Assembly (NCBI GenBank): GCA_038214755.1
Contig: JBBQRQ010000008.1
Location: forward strand, 1-64,000
Direction of reading: 5' to 3'
DNA from: Verrucomicrobiota bacterium
GTDB lineage: Bacteria > Verrucomicrobiota > Verrucomicrobiia > Limisphaerales > CANJXF01
DNA length: 64,000 nucleotides
Shown here in pieces: positions 44,701 to 54,466 of the stretch. Below the pieces are notes generated by a model. That model saw only the letters and a program-made list of their open reading frames with translations, had not been told where the DNA came from and made no database searches. How positions within the stretch are numbered: position 1 is the stretch's first letter; every line of letters starts with the position of its first letter. The translations under genes and the position numbers were made by a program.

Positions 44701-47453
44701 ACCGCGTTGCCATTGCACGTGTTGTTGGCAGTGGCAGTAAGCGTTGCCGTGACCGAGCAGCCGCTACTCGGCGCGATATAACTACCCGTGAAATTAGTGG
44801 TGGCGCCCGGCGCCAGCGTAGCGACGGTGAAGACCGGGCTGGGTCCACTGCGATCATTGACTACGACGACGTTGGTCAAAGTGATGTTACCCGAGTTGTT
44901 GACGCTGCCGCTGTAAGTCAGGAGGCCACCGGCGCTCGGCGCGATGGTCGGACAACTTTGGCGAACGATGAGGCTCGGACTGGTGGTGAGCTGGCACGTG
45001 GCCGAAGCGGTGTCGCTGACACTACCGGCGGCGCAACTGTTCGTCGCGCTGGCCGTAACGGTGCTCGTGACGGAACAGGTATTGGTCGGGGTAACGAAAG
45101 TTGCGCTGAAATTTGCGGTGGCTCCGGGAGCGAGACTAGCCAGTGTGAAAACCGTGCTCGGTGAAGCCTGATTATTCACAACAACGATATTGTTCAAAGT
45201 GACATTGCCCGGATTTTTGACCGTTCCCGTATAAGTAATCGACGCGCCCGTAGCGACGGGGGTCGTGGGACAGTTCAAGGTCACAGCAATAATGGGAGAG
45301 CCGGAGATGGGGCAGGTGGAAGAGAACGAACTGGTAGCCACGGCGCCATTGCAAGCGTTCACGCCTGTGGCAGTAGCAACAGATGTAACAGAGCAACCGC
45401 TGTTCGTGGGCACGACGTAACTTCCCGTAAAATTAACCGTTGCTCCGGCAGCCAATGTGGGGGCCGTGAAGACCGGGGTGGTTCCAGTGCGGCTGTTGGT
45501 TACCAGGACGTTGGTCAACGTAACGCTGCCCGCGTTACTGACGGTGCCGCTGTAAGTCAGCGTGCCTCCGGGAGCGGTGGGGATACTGGGACAATTCTGG
45601 GTAACGACAATGGTTCCGGTAGTGGTGTAAGGACAAGTCGCCGAAGCACTATTGGTAACTACCACGGAAGTGCAGGCATCACTGCCGCTCGCGCTTACAG
45701 TGCTGCTGACTGAGCAGGCAGCAACCGGCGTGGTGAAACTCGCGGTGAAATTGGAGGAGACTCCCGGAGCGAGGGTGGCAATGGTTAACACCACCGGACT
45801 GGGCACCGCATCGTCATCCCGGACAACCACGTTGTTCAAAGTTACATTACCGGAGTTTCGGACGGAACCGGTATAGGTCACATTGGACCCGCCATTGACC
45901 GGCGTTGTGGGGCAATTCAAGGTAACCGCGATGCCGGGGGCCGTGGTAACCGCACAGGTTGCGGAAGTGGAATTAGTGACTCCAGTGCCGTTGCAGGCAT
46001 TCTTGCCGCCGGCAGTGAGGTTTGCCGTAACCGAACAGGAAATCCCCCCCGGAACGGTATAACTGCCGGTGAAGTTAGCGGACGCTCCGACCGCAAGCGT
46101 CGCCAATGAGAAGACGGTTGTATTCGACGAAGGACGATCACTGATGACGGTGACGTTCGTGAGGGTCACGTTTCCGGCATTGCTGACGGTGCCGCTATAA
46201 GTAGCGGTCCCGCCGGGCGAGAGCGGAATGGACGAACAAACTGCGGTTACTAAAATAACCGGAGTCGTCGCAATCGGACAGGTCGTCGTAACGCTGTTCG
46301 CCACTGGCACGTTACAACGGCTGCCGGCACTGGCGGTTAACGTATCCGTCACCGAACAATTGGTTGGGGCGATATAACTTCCCGTAAAATTGGCCGAAGC
46401 GCCGGGAGCCAGTGAAGCCAGGGTGAAAACCGGGGTGGACCCTGTCTGGCTATCGGTGACGAGAACGTTGGTCAAGGTAATGTTCCCTGTGTTGCTGACC
46501 GTTCCCGAGTAGGTGAGCGTCTGGCCAGGGAAGGGAGCGACCACGGGACAAACCTTGGTGACGACAATTCCGGGAGACGTCGTAACTGAGCAGGTTATGG
46601 GAACGACGCTCGTGACAAGCTGGGGACTGGCCGTAGCCGCATCCCGGCCCGAGGCGGTCAACGTGGCGGTGGTTGGTCCGCATGAATTCGTCGGCACATA
46701 GCTTCCGCTAAAAGAAACAGTTTGATTGCTGGTGAGGTTCACAGGGCCGAAAACAAGCACTGCCGTGCCATCCACCACATTACTGACGGTCACCCCGCTC
46801 AATGGGTTGTTGCCGCAATTGAATACCATGCCGGTAAAACTAATAGAACCATTTTCTCCGGTGCTACCGACGCATTGCGCGGTGAGACGAATACAAGGCT
46901 TACTCACTTCAGTGTTCACTCCCTGGTCGGCGCCGCCGTTGCTGTCGGTGTCGTTTTGATGAATGGTTGCACGATCCTGGGCAGTGGCGCGGAGTGTATC
47001 GTCAGGCCTCACATCCTGAGCGCGGGCCACATAACTGACAACGTTGCTGTAGAAGTCCGATTGTCCGTTGGAGAGATTCGTGCGGACGAGAGTAATAGGG
47101 TGAAGCACGCCGTCTGGTGTCGTAAGAGATGCAGTGATACCCGTGGCATCGCAGACTACTGGACCCACGCCGGTTCCATTGAAGACGAGAATACTGTAAT
47201 TCAGTGTATCCCCAATATGAATGTCCGGCGCATCGGTAAAAAGTGTTATCCCCAACCCGCTGCCGGTGCATCCAGGCGGCCTTGAGTCGGCCCGCCCCTG
47301 GGTTGTTCCAAAGAGCAGGATGATCAAAGCAGACAGACAGGTCAAAGTCGTTGCCATAACGCTGCTATTGAACCAGCGTTTTTCTTTTCTTGTTCGATTG
47401 CCCGGCAACGGCGCAAGGCAATTTGAGGCTGGGTAGTGGATTGAGGTATTCAT
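41703..47453 (-). CDS. 1916-aa surface protein with 13 Cys-containing DUF11/DUF7507-like Ig repeats and a beta-rich C-terminal domain
   Basis: Repeated P.I.VT..CP...G..LTYSGTVSN.GN.TLTNV.V...LAPG.S.NFTGSY; signal peptide. Confidence 0.88.
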   Translation of the reverse strand: MNTSIHYPASNCLAPLPGNRTRKEKRWFNSSVMATTLTCLSALIILLFGTTQGRADSRPPGCTGSGLGITLFTDAPDIHIGDTLNYSILVFNGTGVGPVVCDATGITASLTTPDGVLHPITLVRTNLSNGQSDFYSNVVSYVARAQDVRPDDTLRATAQDRATIHQNDTDSNGGADQGVNTEVSKPCIRLTAQCVGSTGENGSISFTGMVFNCGNNPLSGVTVSNVVDGTAVLVFGPVNLTSNQTVSFSGSYVPTNSCGPTTATLTASGRDAATASPQLVTSVVPITCSVTTSPGIVVTKVCPVVAPFPGQTLTYSGTVSNTGNITLTNVLVTDSQTGSTPVFTLASLAPGASANFTGSYIAPTNCSVTDTLTASAGSRCNVPVANSVTTTCPIATTPVILVTAVCSSIPLSPGGTATYSGTVSNAGNVTLTNVTVISDRPSSNTTVFSLATLAVGASANFTGSYTVPGGISCSVTANLTAGGKNACNGTGVTNSTSATCAVTTAPGIAVTLNCPTTPVNGGSNVTYTGSVRNSGNVTLNNVVVRDDDAVPSPVVLTIATLAPGVSSNFTASFTTPVAACSVSSTVSASGSDACTSVVVTNSASATCPYTTTGTIVVTQNCPSIPTAPGGTLTYSGTVSNAGSVTLTNVLVTNSRTGTTPVFTAPTLAAGATVNFTGSYVVPTNSGCSVTSVATATGVNACNGAVATSSFSSTCPISGSPIIAVTLNCPTTPVATGASITYTGTVKNPGNVTLNNIVVVNNQASPSTVFTLASLAPGATANFSATFVTPTNTCSVTSTVTASATNSCAAGSVSDTASATCQLTTSPSLIVRQSCPTIAPSAGGLLTYSGSVNNSGNITLTNVVVVNDRSGPSPVFTVATLAPGATTNFTGSYIAPSSGCSVTATLTATANNTCNGNAVTNVNSTTCPIATTPVIAVSLACPVAPASPGGPVTYTGTVSNPGDVTLNNVTVASSQPSPTTVLTLASLAPGASTNFTATFTAPLSGCSVSAAVVARGTSACTSLVVSNTASATCPLGTAPGIVVRQNCPASVTSPGGVLSYSGSVSNSGNISLTNIVVTNDRTGATPVFTVASLAPHAIANFTGSYTAPAGVCSVTSTTTATGRDACSGITVADSTSSTCPVAGTPGITVSQTCPPGATAPGGTLTYSGTVSNSGNVVLTNVVVVSDRPNTNTVVFSVASLAPGASANFTGSYTAHTNCCTDTSTVKATGANPCNGVVVAAAATRTCPILSSPGIVVTRVCSTNTTGPGQVLQFSGTVRNTGDISLTNVTVVHSTPTNNTRVLGPITLAPGQTVSYTGSNTVPVDFCGTDTVTARGVSICDVAVTNSTTTTCPITYTPSIKVTKNCPATPPPLGGVFTYTGTVKNTGNGTLVNVFVVSSVPNPNTPILGPITLAPGASSNFTATFTAPSDCCDVPSTVAARGDDRCSGVTVTDEVSDVCPLKTNPRITVTKNCPTGTIAVGQAFNYSGTVSNSGDGVLTNVFVVSSLPAANTPVLGPIELAPGESQQFTGSYIVTAGVNPAAGTVTARGLSVCHSVSVAASASCSGTINPPPPTTNAVRFAKGTYNGLFAVTDDVQNDRSGFFSLILATNGGYTATLKSTGKNYPTSGKLSSEGKATNTVPRTGTNAVTVFWMLDPTDSDRITGVVSNATWTAPLLGDRAVFNATNPAPQAGRYTLIIPGIPGATTSPEGDGYGTVVVNSSGVVTFSGTLADGTAAPQTTSISKNGDWPLYSSLYSGRGSLLGWMSFDTTHTNSDVAGMLNWIRPRMATLLYPAGFNVGSDSIGSRYVAPVGTNKVLRITNGVVTVTGGNLPHAFANPVTMGPSSHITNNSTNTVTMSFTLSSGLFTGTFKEKGTLKTSTFKGAVLQKANDASGYFLGTNQSGRVVLEPATFPGGGEQ

Positions 47454-47995
47454 AGGTTTTGTTTTTGGAGGGTGCAGGTCTGGATTTGCGGCCCCAACGG
47501 CCTTGAGTAAATTTCTAATTGTCTGTGCTTACAACGCGACTCCGAACTTTTTTTTGTTGCGCGATAATGAACGCAACCTTTCCACGGTCAAGCCCAATTT
47601 AGTTTTTTTTTCAGCGCGGGTTTGATTAACAATTATCGGTTGGCCATACGGAAAAAGTAAAAAACGGAATTGATTGCGGTGAACTTTGATCCTCCATCCG
47701 GCAGGTAGCAGAGGGAAAATCGATGCACGAGATGAAATAGTTATTTCCTGGACCTGGCCGCAAAGGGTCCGCTGTTCAGTGGTTACTTGAAGGATTGCCT
47801 TAACGCAAAATCGGGGACTTGGCCGTCGTAGCATTAGTCCCTATCCCCGATCTTCCGGTTCGCCCGCGGGAGGAAGGTTCAATTCTCTCCCGAAATTTTT
47901 TCAAAAATTTCGTTGCAAACCTTTTAAGTTTTATCAAGCTCTCCCCGCGGCCCATCGTGAACGATGGGTCGCTTTGAAACCAAAAAATAAGACCT

Positions 47996-48757
47996 ATGAA
48001 CGTATCCAAAAAAATAAACGCCTGGTACGGCTGGGTGCCCGACCGGCCGGACTACCGCGATAAACTTTACTCCGCCATCGCCTCGCCGCCCAGGAAGCTG
48101 CCGCCTGCGGTGGACCTTAGTCCGCAATGTTCGGCCGTCGAGGACCAGGGCCAACTCGGCAGTTGCACGGCCAACGCGCTCGTGGGCAATCTGGAGTTTT
48201 TAGAAAAGAAAAATGGAAAGCCCGTCACTAATCTCAGCCGCCTCTTCGTCTATTACAACGAGCGCGTCATGGAAGGCACGGTCAAGGAAGATGCGGGCGC
48301 GATGATCCGTGATGGGGTGAAGAGTCTGGTTAACCAAGGCGTATGTTCGGAGAAGCAATGGCCCTATACCACCTCGAAGTTCGCGCAACAACCCTCCGCT
48401 GCCTGCGTCAAGGCCGCGCTTAAGCGAAAGGTTATTTCCTACCATCGCCTCCTTTCTCTACAGGATATGAAGAAATGTTTGGCGGAAGGTTATCCTTTCG
48501 TATTCGGCTTTTCCGTTTATGAAGGCTTCGAGACGCCCAATGTTGCGAAGACAGGGATGCTTGAGCTACCTCAACCCGGCGAACGTCAACTCGGCGGTCA
48601 CGCCATCATGGCCGTCGGTTACACCGACTCTACCCAGCGCCTTCTGATTCGTAATTCATGGGGGAACGACTGGGGATTGAAAGGCTACTTCACTATGCCC
48701 TATTCCTATGCCTCGAACAGCAATCTGTCGGATGACTTTTGGACCATTCGCGCTTGA
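47996..48757 (+). CDS. Papain-family (C1) cysteine peptidase
   Basis: DQGQLGSCTANA, GGHA, RNSWG. Confidence 0.93.
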   Translation: MNVSKKINAWYGWVPDRPDYRDKLYSAIASPPRKLPPAVDLSPQCSAVEDQGQLGSCTANALVGNLEFLEKKNGKPVTNLSRLFVYYNERVMEGTVKEDAGAMIRDGVKSLVNQGVCSEKQWPYTTSKFAQQPSAACVKAALKRKVISYHRLLSLQDMKKCLAEGYPFVFGFSVYEGFETPNVAKTGMLELPQPGERQLGGHAIMAVGYTDSTQRLLIRNSWGNDWGLKGYFTMPYSYASNSNLSDDFWTIRA

Positions 48758-48781
48758 AATCGGGTCAAGCAATTCTCTCAT

Positions 48782-48914
48782 GAGCCTGTTGCCCAAAGGA
48801 CGGAGCGCGGACAGCCTTGTCCGCGCGTTTCAAAACCGACAACAACTGTTTTCATCATTTTGAGTTCGCGCGAACAAGGCTGTCTGCGCTCCTGTTGATT
48901 TGGCCAACACCCTC
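48782..48914. mobile_element. MITE-like element enclosing a family C palindrome
   Basis: GAGCCTGTTGCCCAAA...TTTGGCCAACACCCTC. Confidence 0.6.
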
Positions 48915-49029
48915 TCAGCTATCGGTGCTATCAAGGGCGAAGGCCAATTTAGCTGCGCCCCATCCGGTTATTATTTGTGAATGACTTTCGACACGGCCAA
49001 TAGATGCATCTTGGAATTTCAACATCCTT

Positions 49030-50517
49030 ATGAAAACAAAGAGAACGAAACCGGTGAGCAGGACAAAGGCTAAATCGAAATCTCCCCTCAAAACTACATC
49101 GGCGGCGATGACGGGAGATCCTATCCAACACGTCATCGTGCTCATGTTGGAGAACCGTTCCTTCGACCATCTTCTTGGCTGCATGAAGTCGCTCCATCCG
49201 AAGTTAGTCGGATTTGATCCAGCCAAACCCGGGCTGAACAAGGAGGGGCTGACATGGTATCCGCAGACTCCCGATGCGAAGTTTCTATTGCCTTATGGCG
49301 TGGACCCCAAGCATGAACTGAGTGACGTGCAGGAACAGGTTGCCTTCAACGGCGCGGCTGGTGGGTATGTCCATAACTTCATCCGCAATTATCCCGACAA
49401 AAAGTCCAGCGCGCCGCAAGTCATGTCTTACTTCGACCGCAAAGGTAAGACCAGGTTGCCTGTGTTGCATACGCTGGCGGAGTCATTCACGATTTGCGAC
49501 CGTTGGTTCTCGAGTGTGCCGGGGCCGACTTGGCCGAACCGTTTCTTCGTGCATAGCGGGACCTCCAATGGTTGGATTTATATGCCAGCCGGTTTGTTCA
49601 GTCATTGGCATAACTATAATCAACCCACCCTTTACCGTCGATTGAAGGAGAAGAACGTCACCTGGCGCATCTACCATGATGGCATTCCGCAATCTCTGAT
49701 GCTAACGGAATTGCGACAACCAAGTTACGCGACCAACTTCAGCGACATAAAATATTTCTGGGAGGATACAAAGCAGTCCGAAACGAAATTTCCCCAATAC
49801 GTGTTCATCGAACCCAATTACTTCGGCGGTTATGAGAACGATCAGCATCCACCCGCCAACATGATGGAAGGAGAGGTGTTGATGGCGAAGATTTATAACG
49901 CGCTTCGGGCTAACGATGCGCTTTGGCAAAAGACCTTACTGGTTATTCTCTATGACGAACATGGCGGCTTCTATGACCAGGTAGTCCCGCCTGCTGCTAC
50001 TCCTCCAGATCCGCTCGCCGGAGATGGATTCAAGTTTGATCGATACGGTCCGCGCGTCCCTGCTTTATTGGTGTCGCCTTACGCGCCGCAAAATATCCTT
50101 TCAACTTCGTTCGATCACACTTCGCTTCTCCGCTACCTCTCGGACAAGTGGGGTTTAGGCCCGCTCGGCTCACGAACAGCTGCAGCCAAATCTTTCGCCA
50201 GCGTACTGCTCTCCACTCCGCGCGCGGATACTCCCGCAAACATCCCGCAACCTTCCACGCAACTCAGTGCCACGCTCAAGCTGGCGGCGCGCCAACCTGC
50301 GCGCACCCAGGCACCGCCACCGATTAATGATCTGCAAGCAACCCTCCTTGCCTTTACTCAGGTGCTCGACGCGGAGATCGATGAACCCGCCGCCCACAAA
50401 GCGCGGCGACTCCGCCTCTCGGTGCAAAGCCCGGAGGATCACATCGCTGTCGCGGAAGAACGGGTGAAGAAATTTCTCGCGCAACAAAAGCGTCGGGCGA
50501 AAACGCAGAGGCGGTGA
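49030..50517 (+). CDS. Phosphoesterase / phospholipase C family protein
   Basis: LMLENRSFDH, GPTWPNR, DQHPP, YDEHGGFYD, GPRVP. Confidence 0.92.
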   Translation: MKTKRTKPVSRTKAKSKSPLKTTSAAMTGDPIQHVIVLMLENRSFDHLLGCMKSLHPKLVGFDPAKPGLNKEGLTWYPQTPDAKFLLPYGVDPKHELSDVQEQVAFNGAAGGYVHNFIRNYPDKKSSAPQVMSYFDRKGKTRLPVLHTLAESFTICDRWFSSVPGPTWPNRFFVHSGTSNGWIYMPAGLFSHWHNYNQPTLYRRLKEKNVTWRIYHDGIPQSLMLTELRQPSYATNFSDIKYFWEDTKQSETKFPQYVFIEPNYFGGYENDQHPPANMMEGEVLMAKIYNALRANDALWQKTLLVILYDEHGGFYDQVVPPAATPPDPLAGDGFKFDRYGPRVPALLVSPYAPQNILSTSFDHTSLLRYLSDKWGLGPLGSRTAAAKSFASVLLSTPRADTPANIPQPSTQLSATLKLAARQPARTQAPPPINDLQATLLAFTQVLDAEIDEPAAHKARRLRLSVQSPEDHIAVAEERVKKFLAQQKRRAKTQRR

Positions 50518-50528
50518 GATATTTTCGT

Positions 50529-50740
50529 TAAATCCGAATTCCGAAATCCGAGGACCGAAAGAAATCCGAAGACCGAAGGGCGAAAGAGGTGCGGGACGGC
50601 GCACATGGCAAAGCGTCTCCGGGTGTCGGTGAAAGTCGTTTTCGGCATTCGGATTTCGGGCTTCTTTCGGGATTTCGGGATTTCGGGATTTCGGGATTTC
50701 TGGAATTCGGATTTCTGGAATTCGGAATTCGGAGTTCGAG
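50529..50740. repeat. Inverted array of degenerate 7-8-mers (TCCGAA.. / ..TTCGGA)
   Basis: CCGAA-unit left arm, TTCGG-unit right arm; relative at 57076-57244. Confidence 0.85.
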
Positions 50741-50761
50741 CCAACACCTGAATCCTAATAA

Positions 50762-50796
50762 GAAAAAGCCAGCGCACTTGTTATAGCGCGCTGGCC
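50762..50796 (-). terminator. Rho-independent terminator
   Basis: GCCAGCGC..GCGCTGGC hairpin with T run on minus strand. Confidence 0.65.
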
Positions 50797-50834
50797 ATTG
50801 TTATCGAAAACAGAACCAGATTAAATACGACAAG

Positions 50835-51353
50835 TTATTTCTGTCGACCGGCAGAGGGGGTTTCTTCTTCGTCTTCTTCTTCCTCAGCCTCCTCCACGTT
50901 AATCGCCGTTTCCGCGATCTCCGTCAGCTTCTCGTCGGTTTCCTTTTCTTCGTTGAGCGTTTCTTCGAGCAACTCAACAGCTTCATCTTCTTCGAGCAGT
51001 TCCGCCCAGGCGACGAGCGAGCCATAGGAAGCAATCTCATAATGTTCCACTTTTTGCGCCCCGCAAATCAACGCAGCGTCACCCGCCTCCTCTTCAATGA
51101 GTTCTTTACCCTCTTCCAATAGTCCCTGCATGGCCTTGCATTTCTTGCCTCGCGCTGTTTCGCCAAAAATTTCAAAAACTTTTTCCAATCTTTCGATGTG
51201 CGTTTCAGTTTGCGAAAGATGTTCCTCAAACGCCGCCTTCAACTCTTCGTGTTTCGCGGCCTTCGCCATTTTTGGCAAACCTTTGGTCAATTGTTTTTCA
51301 GCATCGTAAAGGTCCTTCAATTCATCGATAAATGTTTCCCTTAAGTTCGGCAT
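50835..51353 (-). CDS. yciF: YciE/YciF ferritin-like protein (DUF892)
   Basis: DLYDAEKQL, KCKAMQGL, AQKVEHYEIASYG. Confidence 0.9.
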   Translation of the reverse strand: MPNLRETFIDELKDLYDAEKQLTKGLPKMAKAAKHEELKAAFEEHLSQTETHIERLEKVFEIFGETARGKKCKAMQGLLEEGKELIEEEAGDAALICGAQKVEHYEIASYGSLVAWAELLEEDEAVELLEETLNEEKETDEKLTEIAETAINVEEAEEEEDEEETPSAGRQK

Positions 51354-51738
51354 AATTTCTCCTTGGTTTCTCCAAAGAAGGAGCCTGCACAGCGCAAACC
51401 CCGGTTGGAGCGCAAGGAAAATAAATTTCTTCCCTATTGTTTCAATACCGGCAAAGCCTGAAAATATCCCATTCCTTTTTGCTGACTTCAGAGCGAAAGA
51501 AGAAAGAATCCCACAGAGAACTCGACTGCAAGTTTTCCCATTTCAACAGCATCTCCGAAAGAACGTGTTCAGTCCCCGCCCTGTTTTTCTCAGGTTCGCA
51601 ATACGAGAAGCTCCTGAGCGTCCGATGGGTAAAAATTTCTCAATTGTCCGTTGACACTCCAATAATCGCGCGGATAAATTGCGCGCCTTAAAATTTCGGT
51701 TGGAACAGAAGTTTTTCAGCGGCAAAAAAATAATAGCC

Positions 51739-53577
51739 ATGGAGCCTACAACTCACGAAACACATCACGACGACGCGCACGCCCATCACGAGCCAGGATT
51801 CTGGGGAAAATATGTTTTCTCCACCGACCATAAAATTATTGGGATCCAATACGGCATCACCGCCCTCGTCTTTTTATTCTTCGGCTTTTCCTTGATGATG
51901 ATAATGCGCTGGCAACTCGCCTATCCGAATCAGCCCATCCCGGTCGTCGGAAAACTTCTGGAAAAAGCGCTCGGCGACGTCGCCGCTGGTGGGAAAATGT
52001 CCCCGGATTTGTATAACGCTTTTGGCGCGATGCACGGGACGATCATGGTCTTTCTCGGAATCGTGCCGCTGGCTTTCGCCGCCTTTGGAAATTACGTCGT
52101 GCCACTCCAAATCGGTGCCGTGGACATGGCGTTTCCGCGCATCAACATGGCGAGCTACCAATCGTTTGTCATCGGAGGCGTCATCATGTTGGTCAGCTTT
52201 TTTATTCCGGGTGGCGCGGCGCAAGCGGGTTGGACTTCTTACTCACCTCTTGCAACAGTTATTCCGTCGCATGGACAAACTTTTTGGATCATCGGAATGG
52301 TGTTTTTAATTACCTCGTCGCTTCTCGGCGCCGTGAATTTTATTGCCACGATTATTCAAATGCGCGCCCCGGGAATGAATTGGATGCGCCTGCCGTTTTT
52401 TGTTTGGGCGCAATTTGTCACCGCCTTTCTTTTGCTGCTGGCATTTCCTCCACTCGAAGCCGCGGCCATCATGCAGTTGATGGATAAAGTCGCGCATACC
52501 AGTTTCTTTCTTCCCACCGGTTTAATTGTCTCCGGCCAAATCGCCAACATCAGCGGCGGCGGCAGTCCATTGCTCTGGCAACATCTGTTTTGGTTCCTTG
52601 CTCATCCCGAAGTTTATGTTTTGATTCTTCCCGCGATGGGCATCGTTTGCGAAATCATCGCGAACAATACGCGCAAGCCGATTTGGGGTTACAAATCGTT
52701 GGTCTATTCGGTGCTGGCCATCGGATTTTTGTCATTCATCGTTTGGGCGCATCACATGTATCTCACCGGAATGGGAACGAAGATCAGCACGTTTTTTCAG
52801 ACGACCACGATGATCATTTCAATTCCATCCGTCATCATTTTGACCTGTTTCTTTATTTCACTTTGGGGCGGCTCAATTCGTTTCAACACGCCGATGCTTT
52901 TCTGTCTTTCGTTCCTCCCAATGTTTGGCATTGGCGGACTGACCGGCCTTCCGCTCGGTTTCAATTACAGCGATTTATTTTTGCACGACACTTATTACGT
53001 CATCGCGCATTTCCATTACATCGTCGCGCCGGGAACCATCTTCGGACTCTTTGCCGGAATTTATTATTGGTATCCCAAAGCGACGGGAAGATTGATGAGC
53101 GAATTCTGGGGCAAAGTGCATTTCTGGCTTTCGTTTCTGTTCATGAATTTGATTTTCCAACCGATGTTCGTGCAAGGAATGGCGGGACTCAATCGCCGTC
53201 TTTACGATGGCGGCGCAACTTACGTCGGCGCGACCAATCCGTCCGGCGGCATTGTCGGCATCCCGCAATTTTTTCTCGATTTAAACAAAATGATTTCGTT
53301 CGCGGCCTGGGCATTGGCGTTGGCGCAAATTCCGTTCATCATCAATTTTTTCTGGAGCATGAAACACGGAAAGAAAATCACGTCGGACAATCCGTGGGAA
53401 GCGACGACGCTCGAATGGCAAACTCCCACACCGCCGCCGCATGGAAATTTTTTGGTCACGCCGAATGTTTATCGCGGGCCGTATGAGTACAGCGTTCCGG
53501 GTCATGCCATTGATTTTACGCCGCAAAACGAACCCGATCATCCCGTGGCTAAACCCGTCCAACCTTCTCACGTTTAA
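51739..53577 (+). CDS. ctaD: Heme-copper oxidase subunit I (A-type)
   Basis: MHGTIM, HPEVY, WAHHM, LHDTYYVIAHFHY, NRR. Confidence 0.95.
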   Translation: MEPTTHETHHDDAHAHHEPGFWGKYVFSTDHKIIGIQYGITALVFLFFGFSLMMIMRWQLAYPNQPIPVVGKLLEKALGDVAAGGKMSPDLYNAFGAMHGTIMVFLGIVPLAFAAFGNYVVPLQIGAVDMAFPRINMASYQSFVIGGVIMLVSFFIPGGAAQAGWTSYSPLATVIPSHGQTFWIIGMVFLITSSLLGAVNFIATIIQMRAPGMNWMRLPFFVWAQFVTAFLLLLAFPPLEAAAIMQLMDKVAHTSFFLPTGLIVSGQIANISGGGSPLLWQHLFWFLAHPEVYVLILPAMGIVCEIIANNTRKPIWGYKSLVYSVLAIGFLSFIVWAHHMYLTGMGTKISTFFQTTTMIISIPSVIILTCFFISLWGGSIRFNTPMLFCLSFLPMFGIGGLTGLPLGFNYSDLFLHDTYYVIAHFHYIVAPGTIFGLFAGIYYWYPKATGRLMSEFWGKVHFWLSFLFMNLIFQPMFVQGMAGLNRRLYDGGATYVGATNPSGGIVGIPQFFLDLNKMISFAAWALALAQIPFIINFFWSMKHGKKITSDNPWEATTLEWQTPTPPPHGNFLVTPNVYRGPYEYSVPGHAIDFTPQNEPDHPVAKPVQPSHV

Positions 53578-53579
53578 AC

Positions 53580-54434
53580 ATGGAAATTCCCTTCACAGTC
53601 AAACCGCGTCCGGACACGGGACTTTACAACGCGAAGGTGGGCATCTGGCTTTTTCTCGCGTCGGAAGTCATGCTCTTCGGCGCGCTTTTTTCCTCCTACA
53701 TTTTGTTGCGCGTTGGCGCGGCGGCGGGAACCTGGCCGCACGGTTTGCTCAACGTGACTCTCGGCACGATCAACACCGTTGTTCTCATTACGTCGAGTAT
53801 CACCGTCGTGATGGCATGGGTTTCATTGAAGCTCAAACAATTTGGAAAATTTAGATTGTACCAGTCGATCACGCTGCTGTGCGCTCTGGCATTTTTGGGA
53901 ATCAAATCTTTTGAATACCGCGACAAATTTAGCCATTACCAAATTTTGAAAAAGGACGGCGCCTACGTCGATGGCCACATGCACGGCGCAACCTATCTCG
54001 ACAAGGAAGGCAAGCCGCGCGAAGAACATAAATTTCGCGGTCTGACTTTTAAAGAAGGCACTGCGGAATATTCGTTGAAGGAAGTAACGCTCAACGGATT
54101 TGAGGCGAAAGAATTGGCAGAAATCAACGAAGCCCATTCCGGTCCCAAACATGAACACACCAACATCTCCGTCGAGGCCACTGAAATAAAAAAAATCGAT
54201 AACTACGGCCCTTGGCACAACACCTACATGGCGATTTATTTCACGCTGACCGGATTGCACGCCTTGCACGTGATCGGCGGCGCACTGGTCATTTTCGTTC
54301 TATGGGCAGGCGGCGGCAAAATGTGGCGGACTGATCCGGAACGTTTCACCAATCGCATCGAAGTCTCGGGACTGTTCTGGCACTTCGTTGATTTGGTTTG
54401 GATATTCCTTTTTCCAGTGCTTTATCTTCTCTAA
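53580..54434 (+). CDS. ctaE: Cytochrome c oxidase subunit III
   Basis: WLFLASEVMLF, TGLHALHV, WHFVDLVW. Confidence 0.93.
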   Translation: MEIPFTVKPRPDTGLYNAKVGIWLFLASEVMLFGALFSSYILLRVGAAAGTWPHGLLNVTLGTINTVVLITSSITVVMAWVSLKLKQFGKFRLYQSITLLCALAFLGIKSFEYRDKFSHYQILKKDGAYVDGHMHGATYLDKEGKPREEHKFRGLTFKEGTAEYSLKEVTLNGFEAKELAEINEAHSGPKHEHTNISVEATEIKKIDNYGPWHNTYMAIYFTLTGLHALHVIGGALVIFVLWAGGGKMWRTDPERFTNRIEVSGLFWHFVDLVWIFLFPVLYLL

Positions 54435-54466
54435 AAAATATGAGCGAAAATCATCCGCGAGAAATC

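Noticed and set aside
47454..47995. Structured RNA in the 540-nt divergent intergenic region
   Set aside because: Only small hairpins; no recognisable riboswitch or ncRNA consensus. An Rfam/Infernal scan would settle it.
50529..50740. CRISPR array
   Set aside because: Units are 7-8 nt without unique spacers; no cas genes.
51386..51420. GCACAGCGCAAACC...GCGCAAG resembling a c-di-GMP-I riboswitch
   Set aside because: Lacks the GAAA-capped stem and second hairpin; wrong orientation for the adjacent yciF.
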